Shown here: positions 63,661-64,000 of the stretch, piece after piece
Layout: every line of letters starts with the position of its first letter
Numbering within the stretch: the first letter of the stretch is position 1
Assembly (NCBI RefSeq): GCF_001194135.2
Contig: NC_068983.1
Span: 78,551,043 to 78,615,042 of the forward strand
From: Octopus bimaculoides
Lineage: Eukaryota
Direction: 5' to 3'
Length of the DNA stretch: 64,000 nucleotides
Program-made: the position numbers and the translations under genes
The notes under the pieces: generated by a model
The model's database searches: none
What the model was told of the DNA's origin: nothing
Seen by the model: only the letters and a program-made list of their open reading frames with translations

Positions 63661-64000
63661 AATTATAATAAAATCTATTCTAACTCAGCATCTCCTCCAA
63701 TTTATTTGCATTTTTATTAATTATCCCTTAGGTAATATCATTAACTCTTCAAAAGAACAGAGCTGTCTGCTTTGAAATCCCTTGCATTAGACTTTGTACT
63801 AAATGTCAATATGACTTTTAAAATGCAACATTTCAACATTCACCATTTCAACATTCCTTTATATGACAAATAAAAGTAGCAACAACAAATTATTACAGTA
63901 ACAATGAAGTATTTTTAATTAAACTGAACTGCAAGTGATTGCTTCTGGCCACTGTCATAGATTTCAATAAAATCAAGTAGGCTCTTGCATGCAAAAACGA

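Overview
AT-rich eukaryotic DNA dense in microsatellites and transposable elements, with ten N gaps. The SINE/LINE complement looks like Octopus (cephalopod); that is pattern recognition, not a database result. I find no complete protein-coding gene, rRNA, true tRNA or CRISPR array. The window is mostly decayed mobile DNA: four tRNA-like or RTE-tailed SINE families (my labels A-D), LINEs (RTE, Ingi/Vingi-like, R4/Dong, HERO-like), Tc1/mariner elements (one full-length Tc1 with TIRs), hAT- and piggyBac-like MITEs, a Helitron-like pair, and four Penelope-like (PLE) fragments. A few short exon-like segments suggest this is intronic space of a minus-strand gene of unknown product. The most notable items are: (1) a PLE GIY-YIG endonuclease fossil whose GIY and YIG strands are separated by an in-frame Ser/Thr/Asn-rich insert of about 160 aa; (2) hammerhead-ribozyme folds at the 3' ends of two PLEs; (3) a C4HC3 PHD finger inside an RTE ORF. 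Most boundaries were read by eye and are approximate unless a TSD, TIR or splice site is quoted.
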